Both the position numbers and the translations under genes were made by a program. DNA of 64,000 nt from a virus. Shown here piece by piece: positions 1-9,320 of the stretch. Numbering within the stretch: position 1 is the first letter of the stretch; each line of letters begins with the position of its first letter. Location of the stretch: the IMG/VR virus record IMGVR_UViG_3300028908_000007, positions 1 through 64,000 of that record; one strand, 5' to 3'. A model generated the notes under the pieces. It had not been told where the DNA came from, made no database searches, and saw only the letters and a program-made list of their open reading frames with translations.

Positions 1-1302
1 CCTCTTCCATACCCACACAATTGGACTACAAATCCAGTTAGGATTACCATTACTGCAAAGAATGAATCATTATTGTATTATGGAGTAACTGAGTTCATTC
101 TGGGAGAGTATCAGAAACCAATAAGTAATACTACAGATACAGTTAGTTCTTTATATACAGTACACACTGTAGTAAATAAAACAATAAAGAAACTAGATAT
201 AGATACCCTATCATTAGAACCTGTACAACTTCTAAACAATACAAGTGTTTTCAATAATGATTTTGAAGAAATATATGTAAAAGATGATAAGCTTATTGCC
301 GTTGGGTTCGTATCAGCCACCTATACTGATACCAATGGAAATACAGTAACAGCAACCAATGATAATATAGCTGTATTTGATATAGGTCTTAAATCATTAG
401 TAAAGACCAGTACGATTACAGGTACCGTAGTACAAGATGAAGTAACCAAAGAACTCTATACTATAGATCATTATACAGGCACTTTTTCTAGTCTGGATAT
501 TGATACCTTAACAGAATCAACGATTGTTGCTCTACCACAACCTACATATAGTGTATTGCTTCGTGATAAAGTAGCATATGTGTTATCAAAAGCACATACT
601 GTTGGCGGTGAGGAGCAACTATCTTTATATAAGATCGATATTCCAACAGGGACGTTTTCTGAGATATCGACAATAAAGAATTATAATCCAACTACATCTT
701 CTATGAATCCTTCTTTTAGTCCTGGAGATATAGCATACCAGAAAACAGATGATAAAGATTTATTAGTTATTAGAATTTTTAATACGACTCCGTTGAGTAG
801 CGATACTACCATACCCCAGGTAAATGGTATCAATCTTACAACAGATGTAGGTACTATAGATTCCGGTGTATTGAATTATGTGGTGGTAGATGTAGATGGT
901 GCGCCTTGGGTGGCTTTCCACTCTATGGCATGGGCAGTTCATCCAACCTTCTTACAAGAGCCAGGTATTGCTTCTATCCCAAGAAAAACATTAATGGTAG
1001 ACGATGAATATGTTTCTTATTTTTCATATAGGAAATCTCCAGACAATTACAGACTTTCCTACACACCAGTAACTTCCACTCTTAGAGGTGTAATTCAAAA
1101 TCCAGTATCAAAAGACCCAGTATATTGGACTAAGATTTCCGATATAGTACAGATATCGCCAGGCAAGTATTTGGTTATTGGTAAAGGACAACACAAACAC
1201 GGTGGGACACTTTCTACAACTAGTGCTGTAATGGCTATCTACACACCATCTGGTGAGATTATTTCGTATAAGATTGCATCAGGAGAGCTTGGTCGGGCGT
1301 GA
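1..1302 (+). CDS. Virion/tail-associated protein with probable beta-propeller, 5'-truncated by the window edge
   Basis: Frame is open from base 1 (PLPYPHNWTTNPVRITITAKNESLLYYG...). Thr/Val/Ser/Tyr-rich beta-strand repeats. Last codons overlap the predicted omegaRNA. Confidence 0.5.
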   Translation, partial: PLPYPHNWTTNPVRITITAKNESLLYYGVTEFILGEYQKPISNTTDTVSSLYTVHTVVNKTIKKLDIDTLSLEPVQLLNNTSVFNNDFEEIYVKDDKLIAVGFVSATYTDTNGNTVTATNDNIAVFDIGLKSLVKTSTITGTVVQDEVTKELYTIDHYTGTFSSLDIDTLTESTIVALPQPTYSVLLRDKVAYVLSKAHTVGGEEQLSLYKIDIPTGTFSEISTIKNYNPTTSSMNPSFSPGDIAYQKTDDKDLLVIRIFNTTPLSSDTTIPQVNGINLTTDVGTIDSGVLNYVVVDVDGAPWVAFHSMAWAVHPTFLQEPGIASIPRKTLMVDDEYVSYFSYRKSPDNYRLSYTPVTSTLRGVIQNPVSKDPVYWTKISDIVQISPGKYLVIGKGQHKHGGTLSTTSAVMAIYTPSGEIISYKIASGELGRA

Positions 1303-1465
1303 TCGTAAAGTAGACTAAGTCCTTTTAGTCCGCTCCATGTGATCACTATCAGGAAGTAGTCCTGTACGTACCGACCAGCGCTCCCACGATAGTGGGAAAA
1401 CAGTGAAGTAAGTTTGGTCAGCTAGTGAGACCGCCCAAGACCTATCTGTTCAAGATAGCGTATTG
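1288..1465 (+). ncRNA. Putative omegaRNA (HEARO-like scaffold) of the IscB system
   Basis: GC-enriched non-coding stretch directly upstream of iscB with nested stems: cttggtcgg/ccgcccaag, gactaag/tttagtc, tcacta/tagtga, cagga/tcctg, gacca/tggtc, tcccac/gtggga followed by aaacagtg, ctatc/gatag. Ends are approximate. Confidence 0.65.
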
Positions 1466-1493
1466 TAATGTGTTTTTATCTAGGAGGTTATTT

Positions 1494-3164
1494 TTGCCTA
1501 ACTATGTGCCAGTGTTATCTGACGATGATAGAATAATTGGCTATGGCCATCCATCTGTCATCCGAAAGATGTTTAGAGCAAAAGTAGCATTTGTATGCTC
1601 TCGTCACCCATTTATGGTGAAGATGAAGAAAGGCATCAAATGTAAACATGCTCTTAAGAAGTATGTAGAATATGGTATAGATCCTGGTGTACACCACACT
1701 GGAGTATCTGTAATATCTTACGATACGATACAAACTACTGAAGGTCGTATCTCTTTGCGAGATATATTAGCCATGTATGTATTGGAGCATAAGAAACTTA
1801 TTACTAGGAAATTAGAAGAAAGGGCCATGTATCGTCATCATCGACGACGTAGACAACAACGTAAAGGTACTAGATGGTCCAGACTAGGTAAAGAATTTCA
1901 CGTATTACCAGGAATAGATGAAGTTAGAGAAGACGGTACTAGGAAGTACCGTAAAGAGAAAGTAATCCTAGGATACAAAGAACGTAAACTACGTAACCTG
2001 GAATTACTAACAGAGTGGCGTAATTCTGGAAAGATTTCAGAAGAAGAGTATCGATCTAGAGCAAGACAGATCGATAAAGCTTTAAAAGAGCTAGATAGGA
2101 AATATTACAAGCCTAAGAGCTGGTTATCACCAGCTACTAGGAGTAGATTAGAAAACATAGGATATTTCATACATAAGATTTCTTATGGTTTAAATACTAA
2201 TAGACCTATGGTTATCTATTACGAAGATGTAAGATTTACACCTGAATTGGCAGAAGATATATTTAGAGATACCAATAGTATACTTAAACCCATACAAAAA
2301 GACTATATACGCTGGAGAGATAACTATCAGTGCCAGCTATGTGGCTATGATTTTATTAAGAATAATTTCAAAAGACAACCGCAAATAGACCATATCTATC
2401 CTAGGTCTAAAGGTGGTCCTAACGATAGGACTAATTTACAACTTTTATGCTCTAGCTGTAATCAGAAAAAAGATAATTATCTACCACATGAACTCTACTC
2501 TATATTCCCTAAGAAATACCATAAAGCTATAGACAAAATGCAAAATAAAACAAACCATACTAAGCAATATCAAACAAAATCCACTCAAACCAGGAAACTA
2601 TTTGCAAGATATCTGGAACTAGCCATTACAAAATCCAGACTAAGTCCTACTAGGCAAATAGATCTTAAATATCCTACCATTATGTTTAAGGATAAGATAA
2701 TTCATAATTCAGAATTAGTCTATGTCGATAGAGTACCTGGGTATTTTACATACTACTGTAGAAATTATAATAACTTACCAAAAGAACACTGTATAGATGC
2801 TGCCTGTGTATCTAGTAAACCAATACGAGTAAATATAAGATCATATCAGTATACTGAAATTAAAGTAAAGGGACATAGAGATAAATTATACATACGGCCA
2901 GATAAATATGGTTTTCCTAAGAAAACTAGACCTAAACCACGTACTAAGCGTATAAACGGATATCAATCTGGAGATCTAATAAAATATATTACCAAGAATA
3001 ATAATATCTGCAAGGCATATGTCTCTACATCAGCACAAGATGGTCGTATAGCGCTTAATAAAAATGGAAAACAAGTTTTTATGACTACCAAACGAATGCT
3101 ATCCATACTGCATAAAGCAGATGGATATCTCTGTAACCCTGTTAATTTTGGAGACCACTTATGA
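1494..3164 (+). CDS. iscB: IscB RNA-guided endonuclease (RRXRR/RuvC + HNH) with insertions
   Basis: PLMP-like N-terminus (VPVLS..IIGYGHP..IRKM..PF), RuvC-I GIDPG, Arg-rich bridge helix (LEERAMYRHHRRRR), WLSP, RuvC-II YEDVRF, HNH (CQLCG..IDHIYPRSKGG..NL..LCSSCN), RuvC-III EHCIDA, C-terminal GYQSGDLIK. Likely start is TTG 1494 after GGAGG. Confidence 0.93.
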   Translation: MPNYVPVLSDDDRIIGYGHPSVIRKMFRAKVAFVCSRHPFMVKMKKGIKCKHALKKYVEYGIDPGVHHTGVSVISYDTIQTTEGRISLRDILAMYVLEHKKLITRKLEERAMYRHHRRRRQQRKGTRWSRLGKEFHVLPGIDEVREDGTRKYRKEKVILGYKERKLRNLELLTEWRNSGKISEEEYRSRARQIDKALKELDRKYYKPKSWLSPATRSRLENIGYFIHKISYGLNTNRPMVIYYEDVRFTPELAEDIFRDTNSILKPIQKDYIRWRDNYQCQLCGYDFIKNNFKRQPQIDHIYPRSKGGPNDRTNLQLLCSSCNQKKDNYLPHELYSIFPKKYHKAIDKMQNKTNHTKQYQTKSTQTRKLFARYLELAITKSRLSPTRQIDLKYPTIMFKDKIIHNSELVYVDRVPGYFTYYCRNYNNLPKEHCIDAACVSSKPIRVNIRSYQYTEIKVKGHRDKLYIRPDKYGFPKKTRPKPRTKRINGYQSGDLIKYITKNNNICKAYVSTSAQDGRIALNKNGKQVFMTTKRMLSILHKADGYLCNPVNFGDHL

Positions 3165-3298
3165 TACGATCACACTGGCTAGTCACTAGTCCACGTTCGT
3201 CCTATAACGATGCTATGCATCACGTCCTCACTACGACCACCTCTGCTCCGCGATGCTACACATCCGGGGTCTGGAGGTCGTAATATATCCGTATATTA
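3165..3298. other. Structured GC-rich element downstream of iscB (IS end or second ncRNA)
   Basis: Hairpins ctag/ctag, cgtt/aacg, gatgc/gcatc, long tacgacc...ggtcgta, aatata/tatatt. Starts with TACGATCAC, the reverse complement of 1299-1307. Confidence 0.45.
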
Positions 3299-3303
3299 CT
3301 CCT

Positions 3304-3714
3304 ATGTCTGTCGTAATATTACCAACACTTAGTGATAAACATTGGGTAGTAGACCCCGTATCAAAAGCTGATATGTTATTTGCACATTTTATGGCAGGTA
3401 GTAATACACAAACCTATATGTATACATCGGAAGTATCTTCACTACCCTACCTATTACAGAAGTATGGTCATAATCCAAACGAATTTGCTACTAATGTAAA
3501 AACCAGATTACAAATCTACTATCAAAGGTACTATGACAATGTAGATATACAGGTCTATGCCAAAGAGGAAGTAGAAGGAACAAACAGATATAGCATACAT
3601 TTGGATATGATTGTTAGTGATGACGGTGGAAAAGAGATACAATTAGGAAGGATTTTGACAATTAATGATGGTAAAATGCAGAAGGTGGTAAAGTTAAATG
3701 CAACTGGATCCTGA
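3304..3714 (+). CDS. Conserved phiKZ-like virion/baseplate-type small protein
   Basis: ILPTLS..WV...KADMLFAHF..SLPYLLQKY pattern recalled from phiKZ-like phages. ATG 3304 preferred over 3253. Confidence 0.55.
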   Translation: MSVVILPTLSDKHWVVDPVSKADMLFAHFMAGSNTQTYMYTSEVSSLPYLLQKYGHNPNEFATNVKTRLQIYYQRYYDNVDIQVYAKEEVEGTNRYSIHLDMIVSDDGGKEIQLGRILTINDGKMQKVVKLNATGS

Positions 3715-4210
3715 CGAATTACTAGAGTTAGAAAAAGTAGAAGACCTAGCGTATAGCGGTTTGGTAGAAGACCAACCAAAAGGGAAGTTATCTGAGAAAA
3801 TATTTGTACAGTATTTTCTTCCTTATTTCTCAGGAAAGACCCCAATTACAGAGGAAGTTATCAATCAGTGGGTATCAGTAGCAGGAGGAATGACGAGAGA
3901 GGTAGATATTGTTGACGGAAAAGGAGAGTTTCTGTTTACGGTACCTGCATTATACGATACTGGTACAGTTACTGTTAGAGATGATAAAATATCGATATTT
4001 GATGTAGTAAGTACAGCAAACTTACATAATGAACGAGTTCCAGGTAGCGGAGATCCATATATTGCCAAGGCATCTGAAGAAACGGAGAAACTGGTAAACA
4101 AATCCAAGATTACACAGTTTTGGGAAGAGATGTCAAAACGCTATAATATTATAGAAAAGGAGAAAACTTCTGTAGAATCTGTAGAAGAGGACGATTTGTT
4201 TGACTACTAA
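3698..4210 (+). CDS. Conserved phiKZ-like hypothetical protein
   Basis: E.IF...FLPYF.G..W..VAGG...V...G..LF.VP pattern; acidic C-terminus; coupled to sbcD. Confidence 0.6.
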   Translation: MQLDPDELLELEKVEDLAYSGLVEDQPKGKLSEKIFVQYFLPYFSGKTPITEEVINQWVSVAGGMTREVDIVDGKGEFLFTVPALYDTGTVTVRDDKISIFDVVSTANLHNERVPGSGDPYIAKASEETEKLVNKSKITQFWEEMSKRYNIIEKEKTSVESVEEDDLFDY

Positions 4211-5390
4211 ATTTGACTATCTTGTCTATTCGGATATACACTTTGGTCATCGGAAGACCAGAATAGACAATACAATTCGGTCTATTGAGAACATATGGAA
4301 AGAACCTTGGTTTAGAGATCTAAAAGCAATATTTATTGCAGGCGACATATATGATAGAAAACTAGATCATGGTTCGTATGATGCTACTGAAGCCACACTA
4401 CACCTAATTAGATTAGGATATGTTTGTTTTAAGTATAATATAGAGCTTTACATATTAGAAGGAACACCATCGCATGATTGGAAACAAGCACAATCCGTTC
4501 CTGAGCTATATAGACATATGAAGATACCAATTACCTGCCACTATATTGATAAGGTAACAATAAAATACAGCAAAGCGTTAGAGAAGTATATTCTTTTTAT
4601 ACCTGATGAAATAGATACTCCGACCAATGTGTTTGATATGGTAAAGGAAGCAGTCCATAGTAAGGAACTGGATAAAGTTGATATTACGATTATGCATGGG
4701 GCTTTCAGATATCAACAATCCGGAGCTCCAGAAGAATATTGTCATTTAGAGATGGATTATCTAGCCATTACAAGATACTTGATACATCCTGGACATATCC
4801 ATCAACACACACATTATAAAAGGATTGTAGCACAAGGTAGCATTGATAGATATACACATGGAGATGAAGATCCAAAAGGATATGTTGTTGTAAGAAATAA
4901 TACCGATTGGATGTTTTATACCAATCCCACAGCTACCAAGTATGTTACAATCCCAATTCAGATAAAGACACTCGATGAAGCACGATCCGTGCTTTCAAAG
5001 CAAATTCAAACTCTTGACCTTCCAAAGAATAGTCACATTCGACTACAAATCCCAAAAAATAGTCCGATACCTTCTCTGATTTCAGAGATTAGAACACAGT
5101 TCCCATATTACCACATTACGTTTATTCGTGAAAAGGTGGTAGAGGAAGAGAAACCCAAAAGGTTATTGGAGGCTAAAGAATATGATTCTATCCAACTCAC
5201 TCCAGACAACATTATAGATATTGTTATGAAAAAACTGAACAGTTTAGACGTTTTTAGTACCGACCCAGTACCTACCATAGGGGTAGGTGATAAAAACGCC
5301 TCAGAGAGCCTCTCAGAGGCTCCTAGAGGGTATTCTGATGTACGTTCTGAGTATAAGAAACTACTATCCGAGATAATTTCAGATGTTTAA
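4200..5390 (+). CDS. sbcD: SbcD/Mre11-like metallophosphoesterase nuclease subunit
   Basis: SDIHFG, AGDIYD, EGTPSHD, MHG and GHIH phosphoesterase motifs. Confidence 0.9.
   Translation: MTTKFDYLVYSDIHFGHRKTRIDNTIRSIENIWKEPWFRDLKAIFIAGDIYDRKLDHGSYDATEATLHLIRLGYVCFKYNIELYILEGTPSHDWKQAQSVPELYRHMKIPITCHYIDKVTIKYSKALEKYILFIPDEIDTPTNVFDMVKEAVHSKELDKVDITIMHGAFRYQQSGAPEEYCHLEMDYLAITRYLIHPGHIHQHTHYKRIVAQGSIDRYTHGDEDPKGYVVVRNNTDWMFYTNPTATKYVTIPIQIKTLDEARSVLSKQIQTLDLPKNSHIRLQIPKNSPIPSLISEIRTQFPYYHITFIREKVVEEEKPKRLLEAKEYDSIQLTPDNIIDIVMKKLNSLDVFSTDPVPTIGVGDKNASESLSEAPRGYSDVRSEYKKLLSEIISDV
5243..5335. repeat. Phased quasi-palindromic element, copy A (inside sbcD)
   Basis: AGACGTTTTTA...TAAAAACGCCT dyad plus arm CTCAGAGAGCCTCTCAGAGGCTCCTAGAGG. 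Reverse complement aligns with 31696-31790. Confidence 0.75.
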
Positions 5391-6222
5391 TAAGATTACA
5401 AACCTTTTAGCTTCTAGAGAAGTAGGAGAATATCCAATATCGATACCGACTTCCATAGTCCTGGAAGCAATATTCAATAATGGAGATATGTTTTACCCGG
5501 AGGATATCAAACCTCCAAATAGACCAAACCCATCAAACTACGATTACCACTACTTCTCAATACCTACAATGATACGGAATCTAATATCATCCGTAGGTGT
5601 AAAAGAGATATCGGAGATACAAAGGAACCCAACTACTGTAGCTGAAACAGTACTGGAAGAAACAGATGTTATCAGGGAACTATATCAAGGAACATCTTGT
5701 AAACCAATTTTCTACACACACGGACATAGGAGTGTTCTAAAGGATACAAATCCGAATTTAGAATTTCGCAGGATCAGAGGACAGTTATTAGTAGTGGAAA
5801 GTACTATAAAACAGATTACATCCAAAGTAATCAATGAGGATTTAGAAGATCATCTCTTGGTTATGAATAGCTTTAAAAAGAATAACGCCAAAATACTAAT
5901 TACCACACACTACCCTGTAGAGCTTTTAGAAAGGGATAAATTTTCAGAAATGTCATTAATAGAATCTCATACTGGATCGTTTAAACCTTTTTGGTTATTA
6001 TACACGAAATATGCACATTATAAAGAAGACCCTAGATATAGTTTATTACCATGGAACAAACTACTTCTTTACTTATTGGGAGACAAGATACAGATTAAAC
6101 CAAAACCAAAAGAACTACGACTAAAGGTACTAACAATGGCAGAAAGGAAAAATTTTACACCAAGAACAAGTAATTCAAAAGTAATGTTGAATCTTCGACA
6201 GCTTGGTATTAAACTGTTCTGA
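5383..6222 (+). CDS. Conserved Chimalliviridae core protein (phiKZ gp67-like by synteny)
   Basis: ISIPTS, TMIRNL, TTHYPVELL, LIESHTG and LLGD motifs; lies between sbcD and the gp68-like gene. Confidence 0.55.
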   Translation: MFNKITNLLASREVGEYPISIPTSIVLEAIFNNGDMFYPEDIKPPNRPNPSNYDYHYFSIPTMIRNLISSVGVKEISEIQRNPTTVAETVLEETDVIRELYQGTSCKPIFYTHGHRSVLKDTNPNLEFRRIRGQLLVVESTIKQITSKVINEDLEDHLLVMNSFKKNNAKILITTHYPVELLERDKFSEMSLIESHTGSFKPFWLLYTKYAHYKEDPRYSLLPWNKLLLYLLGDKIQIKPKPKELRLKVLTMAERKNFTPRTSNSKVMLNLRQLGIKLF

Positions 6223-6275
6223 CATGTTGGTATATTTACCTTGTGTGTCCGATTTTTTATTCTTTGGAGCCTCAT

Positions 6276-7865
6276 GTGAAGTTATCGCTTAAACTTCTTC
6301 AAACACCAAGACATATAGAAATAGAAAACAATAATGAATCATTGACCATACCTATAGGTTTATTGAAACCAGGTATTATAAGTACCTGGAAAAAGGTAGA
6401 AGCTCAAGAACCAGAATTCTACTACTATATTAATAAGTATCTTGAAGAGAACAAGATCAATACAAACGCCATTATGGATATTTATAAGAAAGCAATAGAG
6501 CTTATAGACAACTCTTCTTCTTACAGGGAAGTAGAAGAACCACTACGTATGATTGTAAGTCAGCTTTACGATATATTCGTACCTGTGGATTTTAGGAATT
6601 GGTTCCTATCAAATGTAGAGATCAAGACACCTGTAGGAATCATGAAGGAAATGAATAAGACAAAGGAAGCAGAAGGTATGATGTCTAGGGAAAAGACATT
6701 CTTGGAGAGTGATTATAAGGAGTTATTTGTATTATCACAAGTACTACGTGTTTTCCTACCTATCTATGGGTACTATGATTACAAAAATGGAGATAGACTC
6801 ATCAGTAGCAAGAAGTCATACTTCTATTGGAAATGGTTGATGAAGAGTCGTTTCCTAGAACTCCCAGGATATCTTAAGCTAAAGACTTATGCAGAAGTCA
6901 TAGCCGCACCGAAATTAAAATACAGAGATGTAAGTAAGAAGATCTCCACGGAAGGATCTACATTATCAAAAGGAAAATCCATGATCATGGATGGTGTTTC
7001 CAGATCGGATAGGGTCATATGGGAAATCAGTAACCTTCTCTTATCATCCATTGTATTCAGAAAGCTACATAGTGGTGTTGGTGATAAGAATATGGTCGTA
7101 TCCATTTATACGGCCTTGAATCCAGCCGATCCAAATCGTGCTGGGTTATCTGACCAATACCGAACAAAGAGAGTTTCGGACTTGGATGGAGAGGAAGACA
7201 GACCTTCTGCTCTGGAGAGCTATAAGACTGGTACAGATCTATCCACAGGAGGGATAGAGGAAATGAACTTCTTAGCCGGAGACCCACATTACCTGCGAAA
7301 TACATTAAATACAGAGATACCTGATTCTCTATTGAATGCATTACTAGCCAACGCTATGGAATATATGCGTCTACACAGCGATAATAGCGTACAAGTACAG
7401 CTAAGGGATTGCCAAAGAAACCTGATAAGCTATATCATGTCTAAGATCATGGATCCGGAAGCTATACTATATGTAGACGTAAACAATATGGCAAACTTGA
7501 TTGCTGTATCTCAAGGACAATTGATACATCACGGATTTGGCGATATAGCAATGCTGCTTACCACCAAGATGTATATTGTCTCTACACCAAGTACAGAACC
7601 ACCTATAGTTCCAGATCAATACAAAGAACCACTACTATATAAATATCCTCCTATATCTACCGAAATGATTAATATATCTAATACAGAGTATGAGTTCAGT
7701 ATACTTGGACATATTTCTTATTTATCCAAAGATTGTACATCTTATAGATGGGGTGGAGTCGTCGGTGGTGATAGTGGAATATATCATCACAAAGACCATG
7801 AAGCCTATAAAAGACTCAAAACAACAATAATTGAAAGAATCGCAAATCTCTATTTGTCTCTTTAA
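6276..7865 (+). CDS. Non-virion RNAP promoter-specificity subunit (phiKZ gp68-like)
   Basis: ~530 aa helical protein at the gp68 syntenic position; TF...DYKEL and SALESYK motifs. GTG start after GGAG. Confidence 0.6.
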   Translation: MKLSLKLLQTPRHIEIENNNESLTIPIGLLKPGIISTWKKVEAQEPEFYYYINKYLEENKINTNAIMDIYKKAIELIDNSSSYREVEEPLRMIVSQLYDIFVPVDFRNWFLSNVEIKTPVGIMKEMNKTKEAEGMMSREKTFLESDYKELFVLSQVLRVFLPIYGYYDYKNGDRLISSKKSYFYWKWLMKSRFLELPGYLKLKTYAEVIAAPKLKYRDVSKKISTEGSTLSKGKSMIMDGVSRSDRVIWEISNLLLSSIVFRKLHSGVGDKNMVVSIYTALNPADPNRAGLSDQYRTKRVSDLDGEEDRPSALESYKTGTDLSTGGIEEMNFLAGDPHYLRNTLNTEIPDSLLNALLANAMEYMRLHSDNSVQVQLRDCQRNLISYIMSKIMDPEAILYVDVNNMANLIAVSQGQLIHHGFGDIAMLLTTKMYIVSTPSTEPPIVPDQYKEPLLYKYPPISTEMINISNTEYEFSILGHISYLSKDCTSYRWGGVVGGDSGIYHHKDHEAYKRLKTTIIERIANLYLSL

Positions 7866-7880
7866 AACCGGAGAAACATT

Positions 7881-9320
7881 ATGAACGACGCTGTAATCGA
7901 ATCCGTTTCCCTAATGGAGATTCCACACAGCAGGAAGTACTATCTACGACCCTATGATGTTTCGGTATCTGTAGAGAACCTGAACGATTTGGAAGCATCT
8001 ATCGTGGATAGTAGAAATCGAGGAAACATGGCAATAAATCCAGCAGACATACCGGCTGGATTGATAATGCCTACAGCCACACCTACTAAAGACGTACCCA
8101 TACCTGGTACTTGGGAGGCTACAAGATATACCTTCATCATAAAGGTAATGGAGGATAATGCTGCCATACAATCAAGAATAGAACATTATATTACAGGATA
8201 TACAGAAGAAACCGAGCTGTCATATGCTGGTAGTGTAGATCCGAATATGATTATGTATATCAATAATGTAATGCAGATTGTTGGTAGAAAACGCTTGTAT
8301 GATATAAATACGATTCTACATACACATGCGGAGACAAATATAGGTGCATCCGACGAGAATATTACCTATCTGAGAATATACGATACCATACCTAGCGAGC
8401 TGATAGAACAAGGTGATTATACAGGAGGTCTAACAATACAAGCAAACAGAATGTCTGTATTGGATAGGGGCGGGAGAGCGATTAGTGCAGAAGAAACAGT
8501 AGGAACAAACTTTATATCCAGCGCTGTTAATATATGGTTACAACAAGTCTTGGCAACTATGACAGCGGAGCATATCGAAACAAATACATACGATCCGGAT
8601 AGTATAATCGATGTAGGTCAATATAGAAAAGCACCAACCGATATGCTTAGCTCAATACAAGTATTAAAGCCGTCCGGTGCCTATAATTATATCAGTAATA
8701 GTATAACATATGCTCAACTAGTGTCCAAGGATCCATCAGTACCTCAGAAGACGATTATTTCTGACTATCTAGAACAACCTGAATCCAATTTTATAATGCC
8801 GGAAAACTGTGAATCATGGAAGGCGTCCACACAAGAAGCTGTAATAGCTACCATTATATCAGAACAGATGCCGTCGATTATGCTGTCGTCTGGTCTTATT
8901 ACAGCTGGAGTCATTTTTACCAATATGACCACAGATGGAGAGCCATTCCATTTGAATATCACATTCCCAGTTACGTTTGGATCTTTGGATGCATCTATAT
9001 TCTCTACTATCTTTAGAAATAGACTAATAAAAGAAGTCATTCCTTCAATTACACAGAACAATACGATTCCAGTATCGTTTACTGCAACACTTAGTTTGGT
9101 AGCTCCTTCTACCGCAATAATTCAAATCAACGGACCAGTTGGTCCAGAAAGCACTCCGTTTAATCTCCCAACATTCAACACAGGTATGCATTCTTCAGTA
9201 CTTCTTCCCTCAATGTCCTACCACCACCGGTTACGACAAGAGCTCGGCACGCTGCGTGAGGTAGTACAAGATACAGCAACATCCGCTTTCCAGCAACAGC
9301 CCGAGGTTTTCTATGGCTAA
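7881..9320 (+). CDS. picA: Putative phage-nucleus protein import factor PicA/Imp1 (phiKZ gp69-like)
   Basis: Follows the gp68-like gene; YLRPY, IPGTW...RYTF, YITGYT and YINNV motifs; ~480 aa. Assignment is mostly by synteny. Confidence 0.6.
   Translation: MNDAVIESVSLMEIPHSRKYYLRPYDVSVSVENLNDLEASIVDSRNRGNMAINPADIPAGLIMPTATPTKDVPIPGTWEATRYTFIIKVMEDNAAIQSRIEHYITGYTEETELSYAGSVDPNMIMYINNVMQIVGRKRLYDINTILHTHAETNIGASDENITYLRIYDTIPSELIEQGDYTGGLTIQANRMSVLDRGGRAISAEETVGTNFISSAVNIWLQQVLATMTAEHIETNTYDPDSIIDVGQYRKAPTDMLSSIQVLKPSGAYNYISNSITYAQLVSKDPSVPQKTIISDYLEQPESNFIMPENCESWKASTQEAVIATIISEQMPSIMLSSGLITAGVIFTNMTTDGEPFHLNITFPVTFGSLDASIFSTIFRNRLIKEVIPSITQNNTIPVSFTATLSLVAPSTAIIQINGPVGPESTPFNLPTFNTGMHSSVLLPSMSYHHRLRQELGTLREVVQDTATSAFQQQPEVFYG

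Noticed and set aside
1288-3298. CRISPR array or Cas9 call for the RuvC+HNH gene
   Set aside because: No repeat-spacer array is visible in the window; size and N-terminal domain fit IscB.
1303-3300. Group I intron/IStron reading (GACTA and TAGTCC resemble P7)
   Set aside because: GACTA pairs locally in a hairpin, no P3-P6 core is recognisable, and the flanking genes do not look like two exons. Not fully excluded without a covariance search.
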